Origin: Emiliania huxleyi CCMP1516
Lineage: Eukaryota
Length of the DNA stretch: 20,599 nucleotides
NCBI RefSeq assembly: GCF_000372725.1
Contig: NW_005202428.1
Span: 769,221 to 789,819 of the forward strand
Direction: 5' to 3'
This document shows positions 9,202 to 18,659 of the stretch, one piece after another. Under the pieces are notes generated by a model. That model ran no database searches and was not told where the DNA came from. It saw only the letters and a program-made list of their open reading frames with translations. Position numbers and translations under genes: made by a program. Positions within the stretch are counted from its first letter, which is position 1. Each line of letters begins with the position of its first letter.

Positions 9202-10239
9202 CTACACCTTGGGCCACGGCGCGCAGCGTCCGAGCCACTCGACGATGGCCTTTTGGTCCATGTAGGCAAGGTTGTTGGCCTCGTCCCACTCCGGATCGTT
9301 GGGATCCGGCGTGTCGGGGTGCTTAAAGTTGTTGTACGCGAAGCTGAGTATGACCACGACGGTGTCCTCGCCCGCGGCGGGCTTCTTGTAGCCCCGCGGC
9401 GTCCAGTCCTGCATGTTCTCCCAGAGTTGCACGCCAAGCGAGCTCGTGAGGAAGGACGGCGGCGTGAGGGCCGCCTTGCCCGCGTCCGAGTGCGAGGAGA
9501 GGAGCGCCACCGCGTCCGAGTCGCTGATGATGCCCGTAGAGTATTTCGTGTGCCCAATCCATCCGCTCTCGCCGGTGAAGCGAAGCCCGTCGGCGAGCCG
9601 CAGCGTGCTGTTGTCGCTCGAACGCGTGACGTGGATCGTCATGCGCAGCGCGCTCAGCAGCTCGAGGTAGCACGCGGCCGCCTCCGTGGCCTTGTCGAGC
9701 GGCGCCTCATTAGCGCCGGGCGCCTCGTGAGCGGATCGCTGCGCATCGACGAACGGCCTGAACCAGGTCACGTTGGCGGTCGTCTCTGACGTGGGAAGCA
9801 CGGCTGTGCAGAGCCCGCGCACGTTCCGCTGGTACTTCATGGTGGACGCGAACGAGAACGGCTCGCACGCCGCGGCGTCTGAGAAGATCTGAACAGAGAA
9901 GATGTACTCGTCCAGAGCCGGCAGCTTTGGCTTTTTGACCAGCCGGGGCCGATCAGCGAGGCGCTGCTGCCGATAGAAAGTCTTGAAAGACTTGATCTCG
10001 AGCGCCTCCAGCATGACGCGGACGCGAGGAAATTTCTCGAGAGCCATCGACTTCCAGAGGAAGTCGCCCTCAGGGCTGTGCAAAGCGGCGGCCCAGCCCT
10101 TGCACGTGCGGCTCATTCTGGCGATGACTTGCGGGCGAGGAGCCTGTCGCGCGACATGGACGACGAGCTCCTGTGGGAGCGTGGGCGGTGGTTCGCCGCT
10201 GCCGGCGTTGGCTGGTCGCCTGGCCTTCGTTTTGCCCAT
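9202..10239 (-). CDS. F-box domain protein (345 aa), single exon
   Basis: From ATG 10239: MGKTKARR...LPQELVVHVARQAPRPQVIARMSRTCKGWAAALHSPEGDFLWKSMALEKFP, matching the F-box pattern LPxE...CKxW...LW. Codons are GC3-rich. The upstream ORF extension does not look like part of this protein. Confidence 0.75.
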   Translation of the reverse strand: MGKTKARRPANAGSGEPPPTLPQELVVHVARQAPRPQVIARMSRTCKGWAAALHSPEGDFLWKSMALEKFPRVRVMLEALEIKSFKTFYRQQRLADRPRLVKKPKLPALDEYIFSVQIFSDAAACEPFSFASTMKYQRNVRGLCTAVLPTSETTANVTWFRPFVDAQRSAHEAPGANEAPLDKATEAAACYLELLSALRMTIHVTRSSDNSTLRLADGLRFTGESGWIGHTKYSTGIISDSDAVALLSSHSDAGKAALTPPSFLTSSLGVQLWENMQDWTPRGYKKPAAGEDTVVVILSFAYNNFKHPDTPDPNDPEWDEANNLAYMDQKAIVEWLGRCAPWPKV

Positions 10240-10429
10240 GATACGTGCGGCGCGCGCCCTATATGCGTTTCGCGCCACAACGTCACTTTCGCGCGCAAAC
10301 GTGCGGGATTTTCTTTCGCCCGTTTCTCCACAATCACAGGTGTGAATTTTGCGCGCCGAGCGAGTCCGCCCCCCCGCGCGCGTTGTCTGCGACAGTTCGG
10401 TGCACAATGCCCAGCCGATCCGAGTTCGC

Positions 10430-10900
10430 GCTCGTCGCCGTCTCCGTGTACGCGCCCGCCCTCCATCCACTTTGCGGCACGCGCAGCTGGGTCCGCTCCA
10501 CTGAACTCTCTTTGCACGCGCGACTTCGTCGAGCCCGCTGCCAGCGGCAGTTGCCTGTGTGGCGAGAAAGAGTTCTGCTTGTGCACGCCAAGCCTCGCAG
10601 CGGATGTGATCATCGAGCTCGAGGACAGCGTCGGCACCGTGCGCCACGTTGAGTCTTCATTGAACGCAAGGACGGTCGGTCGCGGCTTGGCGATGGTCGG
10701 AGGCTTCGTGAAGGTCGGTGAGAGCCGGTTTCTTCTAGGAGACACGGGACGACGCTAATGCTCTCCACCCGTTTGGTCCACCTCGCGCAACTCTCCTCCC
10801 TCAAGCCACCATCGCCCCGCGTCCTCCGGCTGGACGGCAAGCGGGATCCGTTGGGCACTTGTGTCTACTCGCTGGCGCCGAGCAGGAAGGCCCGGCGCAC
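10430..10900 (-). pseudogene. Possible degenerate gene remnant
   Basis: Short protein-like stretches in different frames (EDAGRWWLEGGELREVD; PTVLAFNEDSTW; DAVLELDDHIRCEAW) broken by stops and shifts. No family recognised. Confidence 0.25.
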
Positions 10901-11612
10901 AACCGCTGGTCAACTCACCCTCCATACGGCTTTACCCGTAAGTCCCTAGTGGCGACCACCCCCACACAAGCCGGTAACGGAAGTTCTGATTTTCATGCTA
11001 GCTAGAGATTCATCTAACATCAAATATAAGCTTTTCGTTCTTGTCTGCAACTCGGGGTGCGCGCACCACCCAGGCTAGTTCCATTTCACTCTGACACGCT
11101 AATCTTGAAAACGTCTCCAACGGAGCCTCCGTGTTGCTTCCAGCGCCCTGCCCCGCGCTCCCTGCGGCCATGGCCGATGCTCCTAGTGTGAGAGGTCATC
11201 TGGCTACCGCGAGAGCGACCCAACTCGTCGACATCACATCGTCCGATAATGCGCGTGCCGCAAAGTCAGCCTTCGGAGGCTATCGTGGGGTCGAGCCGGC
11301 AGTAGCCGTGACATGTGGTTCCACCACCCCTCGTAGGCTTTGCCTCTGACCGCCACCGTTCCCAGGCTGCCTAATGGGATGGAAAAGAAGACTCGGTATA
11401 GAAGCGTGGGGAGGAGATAGAAGCGGCCGGCAGCCGGCGGCGGTGTGTGGTCGAAGTGAGCGGCAGCCGAAGGGGCCTGCGCCTGAGGTGCCAACATGAC
11501 CAGCCAAAGGACCGCCGTGCGAGGTGAGAGCGTTCGTGCACGGCGTCTAGCTCGAACGCCGAGGCTTCCTGTTTTTCCAAAAATCCACAGCTGCCTACCA
11601 TATACACGATAT

Positions 11613-14600
11613 ATGCTCACCTCCTACCTCGCTGCCGCCGCAGCCGCCGCGCCGGACGGCGGCCCGCGGCCCAACTTCATGATCATCCTCGCCGACGACT
11701 TGGGTTTCGACTTGGCCGCTGCGTACGGCCACCCGCTCTCCGTCACGCCACACCTGGACCGGCTCGCTCGCTCCTCTTTCGTGTCCACCGGCCACCACGC
11801 CGGCGGCGCCACCTGCGCTCCCTCGCGCGCGGCGCTGATGACCGGCCGCAACACTATGGCCTTTCCCAACGAGCGCAACAACGGGATCGGCGAGCTACCA
11901 ACAGTGACGGACCTCCTCAAGCATCAAGGCTACGAGACGGGCCATTTCGGGAAGTGGCATCTCGAGAAGGCGGCGGCGGTCGGGGCGTACGGGATGCAGA
12001 CGGTGGGCGGGGCTGGCAGCCGGCGGAGGCGGAAGGGGCACAGGCAGGAGCTCTCCCTCGCGAACCTCACCGCGGCGGAGCGGGCGCGGCTCAAGGAGCA
12101 GGCGGACGAGGCGGAGCAGGAGGCGAGGCGCAAGGAGGAGGAGGCTCCGGCGCCGACGCCGCTGTGCGCACGCGCCGCGGCGGCCGATCGGGGCGCCGAC
12201 CGAGCCAGGCTCTGGCCGGCGATGTTCCAGGTGCAGTCTGAGAGCAGCGATGCCCGGCACTCAGCACCACCCTCCGTAGCTGCACACCCTGGAGCAGCGA
12301 TGCTGCACTCCAGCACAGCCCCTGTACAGCTGCGCCCCCCCCGGGGGGGCAGCGATTCTTGGGGGAAGCGCTTCTCTGATGCCTCAGGCCGCGCTGCTCT
12401 GCCCGCCCGCGTCGGCCGAGGCACGGAGGCGGCACGCGGAGGCGGTCGAGGCGGCGGAGGCGGCGGACGCGCGGGACGGCAAGGAGCTCAAGGCGGCGGC
12501 CAAGGCCGCAAAGGCGGCCAAGGCGGCGGGGAACCGCTCGCGGGAAAAGGCGCGCGTGCTGCGCCCGGCCCCGCGTGCCTCTGCCACAGGGCCACACACG
12601 CGTGTCCTCAGAGGGGGAGTCGCGAGGGGTGGCCCGGCCCTTGCCCCGCCACCTCGTGTGTGTGGAGAGGTCTCTGTGACCGGGCCCCACCTCTCTCGCA
12701 GGTGCACTACACCCTCGGCGCTACACCCTCGACCAAGACTACACCCTCCTTTTGCTCGAGGGCTCCCACCTCCAAGAGGTCGCCTCGAGACTCGGACGTC
12801 GTCGGCGCCGCCGTGGCGTGGCTGCGCGCGCGCGCCGGCTCGCGCCCCTTCTACGCCAACGTCTGGCTCCACGCGCCGCATGCGCCGGTGAGTCTCGTCG
12901 AGGCGGTCGGGCGGCCGCTCTGCGAAATGCTCGGCGGGACAGCGGCCAGCGTGCTCGGCGCGACGCCCTTCGGCCACTTGCTCGCGCCGCGGGCGGTGGA
13001 TTGGTCGGCGTTCGGAAGGCCGATGGGCGTCAAGCTGGCGGCGGCGCGGCGTGCGGCTGCCGAGGGCGGGCACCCGATCCCGGAGGGCGGGCTCGAGCAG
13101 GCGCTCGCCGAGTACCTGGCGACGGTCTGGGTGGTCGACTTTCAGATTGGCAACCTGCTCTCCGTTCTCGACGACGAGCTCGGCCTCGGCGCGCAAACCT
13201 TCGTCGTCGTCTCGGCTGACCACGGGCCGGAGCGGCCGTGGCCGTTTGGAGTCACCGACGCAGAGCTGAACAACATGGGCCTCGCCGCCGCCGGCGCGAG
13301 CGGCGACAAGCACACCATCCTCGAGGGCGGGCTCCTCGTCCCCTTCCTGCTCCGCTGGCGCGGCGCCCCCGCCGGCGCCTCCACCGCGTGCGCCACCTCG
13401 CACCTCGACCTGCTGCCCACCATCGCCGAGCTCGCCGGCGTCGGCGTGAGCTCGCCCACCGACGGGCGGCCGCAGCGCTTGTGGCTCGACGGCGGCGCTG
13501 CGGCGGCCAGCTGCACCGCGCGCTCGCGCGAAGGCGCGCCGCTCGCGCGCCGCCCGAGAGCTGTGGACGGCGTCTCTTCACGGCTGACCTGTGAGAAAAG
13601 GACCCCCGCTCGTGCACCACTCCAAGGGGAACCTCGTCGTCCACGCCGCCGCCTACAAGCTCTGGGTGTACGCGCCCTCTCGAAAGGGGCTGCCGACGTC
13701 GGGCGGCGAGAATGCCGACACCGCTTTGTGGCACGAGGCCAGCGCACGCACGCACACGCACGCACAGACACACACACACCGTAGTAGTAGTCGCACACGA
13801 AGCCCGCACATACGCCACACACACCGCTCACCGCGCGCACGGGGCGGTACACCTCAAAATGCCGCGGGGCTCTTGTCCACTTGGGGGCTGCCCGCCCGGC
13901 CCTCGCCCCACCACCTTGTGTGGGAGGAGGCGTCTACCTTGCCTTAGGCGATCGCCGCGGCGACCGCGTCGCCGGTCGCGGGGAGGCCGGGTAGGGCCGC
14001 GAGCCGGTCCAAGAGCCATCGCCTCAAGCAGCGACTCACGGTGACGCACGGCGGGGCGCAGGCGTGTGCAAGCTGCTCCCCGCCTCTCTGCGCGGCATGC
14101 GCCACCTACCGCATGCCTACCGCCCACGTTCTCCCAACGGGAACCGCACGATCGTGCACGATGCGATCGCCCCTCCCCCGCGCCTCTCTCTCTCTCTCTC
14201 TCTCACCCCGGCGGTTGCGCGTGCAGATGCACTGGCTGCTCTTCAACCTGAGCGCCGACGCCGCCGAGGCGCGAGTTAGTGCGCGCGCGCAGACCCGAGT
14301 CGTCCGACAGAATCACCACCCACGGCCGGGGAGCCACTTGGGACTGCCCAACCGCAGCGAGCCGCCAGTCGGAGAGCCCGGGGAGGGAGGGGGGGGGAGG
14401 GGGTGACTCATTCCGCCCCCGCGCGAGTCGCCCCACAGACGGCCCCGCTGCTCCTCTCGAGCGGCTCCGAGGCGCGGCGTGTGGCGGTGCGGCTCTACTC
14501 GCACCTCGACGCATGGCTCCGCGAGAACGCCGAGCTGCAGCCGGAGAAGTCGACGCGCGAGCGTGAGCTCAGGGCTTTCCGGGAGCTGCCCTCCCTGGTG

Positions 14601-14714
14601 GCAGCCGCGGCCAAGAAAGCGACGCCCGCAGCGGCGCGGCGGCAGGCGGGAGGAGCTGGAGGCGCAGGCCCTCTGCTGAGCGCAGTCAGTCTTGACGACC
14701 TGACATTTGCCTAA
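11613..14714 (+). CDS. Formylglycine-dependent sulfatase (arylsulfatase-like), multi-exon
   Basis: RPNFMIILADDLG, TPHLDRLA, CAPSRAALMTGR (CxPxR), GYETGHFGKWHL, PFYANVWLHAPH, VDFQIGNLL, SADHG, KHTILEGGLLVPFLLRW, HLDLLPTIAELAG, YKLW, LFNLSADAAE. The last exon ends ...DDLTFA* at 14714. Internal exon boundaries are only partly resolved. Confidence 0.93.
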
Positions 14715-14809
14715 TGCGTTGGATGTAGAGGAGCGGTCGCGCGGCGCGCAAGCCGCAAGCGAGCCGAGCGGCGAAATATTATTAATTCCAAATATAACAA
14801 CAAACAGGA

Positions 14810-14909
14810 NNNNNNNNNNNNNNNNNNNNNNNNNNNNNNNNNNNNNNNNNNNNNNNNNNNNNNNNNNNNNNNNNNNNNNNNNNNNNNNNNNNNNNNNNNN
14901 NNNNNNNNN
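14810..14909. other. Assembly gap (100 N)
   Basis: Run of N. Confidence 1.
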
Positions 14910-14990
14910 CCGGGAATGGCGAATGCCCCGGCAATGGGTGGAATCCACACATGATGACACATAAGAGTTCTCTCTACGGTTTACCCTTTT

Positions 14991-15180
<190 letters not shown>

Positions 15181-15319
15181 CACCGCCTTCCACTCCACTG
15201 CCCTCCCCAGTTTGAGCGACACATCAACCCGGCGTCGGCCGGGTCGCCGCACGCCACGCCCAGGGTTACGCCCGAACCCTCGGCTGGGGCCACGCCATCT
15301 TTGAGCACTTGAGCACTGG

Positions 15320-15486
15320 ATAGGGTCGATTCCGCATGGTACGGGACCCCTCGATCGTCTCGCCCTCCCTCGCTGGTCCTGGCGTATTCATGGGGGGGGG
15401 GGGGGGGCATAACAAACACGGTACAGGATCGAGGTGCACGCTGCTGAGGGACCCCGGAGGGTAGATCGAGCAGTGTCGTCCCCCCT
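15320..15486. repeat. Dispersed ~150-bp repeat, copy B
   Basis: Three conserved blocks shared with 2470-2615; the central G run is longer here. Confidence 0.95.
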
Positions 15487-15496
15487 CTCCATCATC

Positions 15497-16225
15497 TAAC
15501 CGTGCCATCTCACTTGGACACACACGCTCCACCAAGCAACCCGCCGCTCACTCGATACGGTTGCGTCTACCTCGACGTCGCTGTCGCCCTCCCCGTCCCC
15601 GCCGTCGCCCGTGCCTCGGTTCGCGTCATCGGTAGCGTCTCCGTTGTTCCCTCGTGCCCCGCCGTCGCCCTCTCTGCTCGGGCCGTTCGCGATTTCGCTC
15701 CTCCTGCATGTCGCCCCTCCGTCTCCTCCCCTGCCTTCGTCGTCATCGTCGCTGTCGCGAAAGCCCTCCGGCCCCTTGATTCCCTCGTCTATCCCCTCCG
15801 CTGCGTCGCTCCAGTTTATATCCTCATCCTCTGTGCGCGTTGTCGTTCCCTCCCCTTCTCCATCGTTGTCGCCTCCGTCGACTGTGGCGCTGCCTCTTCC
15901 CTCGCCTCCGTCCTCCTCGTCTCGCCTGCCATCGTCCCGTGTCTCCTCGTCCTCGCCATCGCCTTGGCCGTTGTCTGCCTGTTCATCGTGTCCCTTGCTG
16001 CTGGTGGCATTGTCGTTGGCTTCCTCTCTCCCCCTTTCCTCCCTTCCCCTCTCGCTGTCTGGTGTTAATGGACCCCCTTCCTCTCCCTCGCCATCGTCAC
16101 CGTCACTATCCTCGTCGCTATACCGCCCTCCATCCCCGCCGCCCTTTGTTTCACACTCGTCTCTGCCATGTCCGCCGCCGCCGCCGTCCTGTCTGCTGCG
16201 CTCTGTGCTCCGTGATACAGTCGCT
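15497..16225 (-). pseudogene. Start-less D/E/G-rich open frame (~240 codons), probable gene or TE fragment
   Basis: Stop-free frame ...GRYSDEDSDGDDGEGEEGG...EDEDINWSDAAEGIDEGIKGPEGFRDSDDDDEG...VQVRWHG*, with no in-frame ATG. The plus-strand Ser/Pro- and Val/Ala-rich ORFs here are its antisense shadows. Confidence 0.5.
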
Positions 16226-16249
16226 TATTGTTGCCCAGGATTAGCTCAC

Positions 16250-16414
16250 ATGACCACTGAGGAGGTCCTCGTCTTTCGGCAGTTCCAGCACGTCAAGGGC
16301 GACGCCGCGGCGACGATGCCAGCCTTTCACACAGCCTTCAGGGACCCGGCCTCCCCGGAGGCGGCGGAGCCGCGCATCTCCTTTGAGTACCGAGTCGGTG
16401 TGCTCACACGCTGA
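16250..16414 (+). pseudogene. Isolated C-terminal fragment of a CmcJ/NvfI (asaB/GA4-desaturase-like) oxidoreductase
   Basis: MTTEEVLVFRQF...FHTAFRDPASPEAAEPRISFEYRV resembles the family C-terminus MxPxEVLxFxxF...HTAFxDP..P..A.PRxSxExR. No N-terminal part is seen upstream. Confidence 0.7.
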
Positions 16415-17052
16415 AGGCGAGATTCGGCTGAAGTGCATGTAGCTATGGCGCGCAGGCGCGCAGAGGCACGGGGATCGACGGGGACCGACGGCGCCGCTAG
16501 GTCGGACAGCGAAGGTGAGACGCGGAGCTCAATGAAGCGTCGCAGTCATGTCGACTAGTCCTCCGGTACGTTTGAGTGTTTTGTACGTTTGTCTACTAGG
16601 TTGTTGCTCTCAGAGAGAGAGAGAGAAGAGTCACGTTTCTTTTTGAGGGTGTTCTCAAGATTCGTTTATGTAATTCAAATTCTGTACGAAAGGCGCTCTC
16701 TTTCTTCGAGAGGGAGTTTAGTTGTAAAATTCTAGTAAAATTCTTTAGTGCCAGTGCGCTCCCGTGCCAAACAACTCCAACACTCACACATCATTTGGTT
16801 GGGGCCTGGAGCCCCGGCACTTAGAGCTTCGTGGACAACAGATCTTCAAGGGAGTTTAAAGTACGTTGGGGGGATTCGCTGTTGAAAACGTTCGGAAATT
16901 CTTTTGCGCCAGTCCCGTGTCCATGGAGTGCAGTCGGCAGCCTCACACCCAGGGCCGGGGAGCTAACGAAGCGCAAGTCCCGTTTTTTTTGTCCCGCAGA
17001 AGGGATTCGAGGCGGGCGAAAGCAGTCATGTGCAATAGATCTACAGCCCGTG

Positions 17053-18263
17053 ATGTCTGGTGCCTCCACGGGTCTCCTCGTTTTGGTGGGCCTCCTCGGG
17101 CTCAATGATGGCCTTGGCACATCACCTCCATCTTCCGCCGACGGCTCAGACGTCGTCCAGCATGTCGGCCTCGGCGAGAGCAGCAGCGGCAGCAGCCTCC
17201 TGAGGAGCCGCCGTTTGGTTGTCACCGGCGAGACCAACGTGGCGACGACCACGAGTGGCGCGCGAGCTTCAAACCGGGTGGCGCAGATGGCGGCTGCTCG
17301 GGGCGGAAACGTCACTATGACAATCCGAGCAGCCCACAACACCTTCACAGTGGTCGAAGTCGCGGACCCCAACGAGGCGCGAGAGTTCAAGGAGCAGGCG
17401 GAGCGCTCGGGGCTAAGGGTCGAGGAGGATCAGCGGCGCTACCCAGGACCGAGCTCGGCCACGCGGACGCAGCCGCTAGCCGAGGAAACGCCATGGGGGA
17501 TCGAGCGTGTGTACAACGGAGCGGTGCCGAACGCCTCCTTCTTCCCGTCGGCGGTGACGCATCCGCTCTGCATCATCGACTCTGGCTACCTGCTCGCACA
17601 CCCTGACCTTCCCGCTGACGCCACCGCGGCGGACTCGCTCCAAGCTGACCCAGCCGGCACGATGTACTTCGGCGGCGACCTCTGCAACCACGGCACGCAT
17701 GTCCTCATCCTCTCCGCCGCCCCTCTCCGCCGCCATCATTCTCTGCCCGCCGTCTCTCCGCCGCCCCCCGTTTTCCCCACACACACTCCTCCATCATCCC
17801 CCCCCCCCCCCCCCATCCCCGCCCTCCGTCCCACCAGGAACGCATGGCGCGGGCACCATCGCGGCCATCCGCGGCAACTGGGAGGGAGTGGCCGGTGTCT
17901 TCCCGGGTGCGCCAGGCCTGAAGATAGTCAAGGTGTTTGGGCAGGCCGGACACCTCGACAGCTGTGGCTGGACCTGGGCCTCACAACACAGCAAAGCGGC
18001 TCACCGATGTGTCAACAACGAAGCCGAGATCGTCTCGAGTGAGCTGGCCTAATACCACTACCCGTCTTTGACTCATCTAACACAATCCGCCCCCTCCCCC
18101 CTTCTTCCGCAGCGTCCCTAGAAGGTGGAGGTCCGTCGAGCACAGAGCGTGAAGCCTTCCAGACATTCTTTGATGACGGCAACCTCATCGTCGAGTCCGC
18201 CGGCAACGGCGGAAGTAGCAGCTACTCGGACCCGGCGACCTACCCTTCGATAAAGACCGCCCC
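17053..18263 (+). CDS. Secreted subtilisin-like (S8) serine protease, partial (runs into the gap)
   Basis: Signal-like MSGASTGLLVLVGLLGL, prodomain, AEETPWGIERV, catalytic Asp IIDSG, His NHGTHxAGTIAA, SLEGG, oxyanion Asn SAGNGG, DPATYPS. Introns 17693-17837 (GC-AG) and 18039-18112 (GT-AG). The catalytic Ser motif is not visible. Confidence 0.92.
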
Positions 18264-18614
18264 NNNNNNNNNNNNNNNNNNNNNNNNNNNNNNNNNNNNN
18301 NNNNNNNNNNNNNNNNNNNNNNNNNNNNNNNNNNNNNNNNNNNNNNNNNNNNNNNNNNNNNNNNNNNNNNNNNNNNNNNNNNNNNNNNNNNNNNNNNNNN
18401 NNNNNNNNNNNNNNNNNNNNNNNNNNNNNNNNNNNNNNNNNNNNNNNNNNNNNNNNNNNNNNNNNNNNNNNNNNNNNNNNNNNNNNNNNNNNNNNNNNNN
18501 NNNNNNNNNNNNNNNNNNNNNNNNNNNNNNNNNNNNNNNNNNNNNNNNNNNNNNNNNNNNNNNNNNNNNNNNNNNNNNNNNNNNNNNNNNNNNNNNNNNN
18601 NNNNNNNNNNNNNN
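18264..18614. other. Assembly gap (351 N) with low-quality-looking flanks
   Basis: Run of N; the flanks have homopolymer runs and apparent frameshifts. Confidence 1.
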
Positions 18615-18659
18615 CCCCCCGCTTGGGGGGAGGCGCCCCCCCACAATGGAGGTTCCCAG

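Noticed and set aside
10240..10647. 136-aa N-terminal extension of the F-box ORF
   Set aside because: Non-ATG start and it crosses promoter-like sequence. ATG 10239 precedes the F-box at the usual distance.
10657..10668. Minus-strand C-V-Q-TGA, resembling a CxxU selenoprotein motif
   Set aside because: Poor codon bias in that frame, no thioredoxin-like context, no SECIS recognised, and the region looks degenerate.
11131..11500. Short ORFs upstream of the sulfatase
   Set aside because: No recognisable motif or consistent codon bias.
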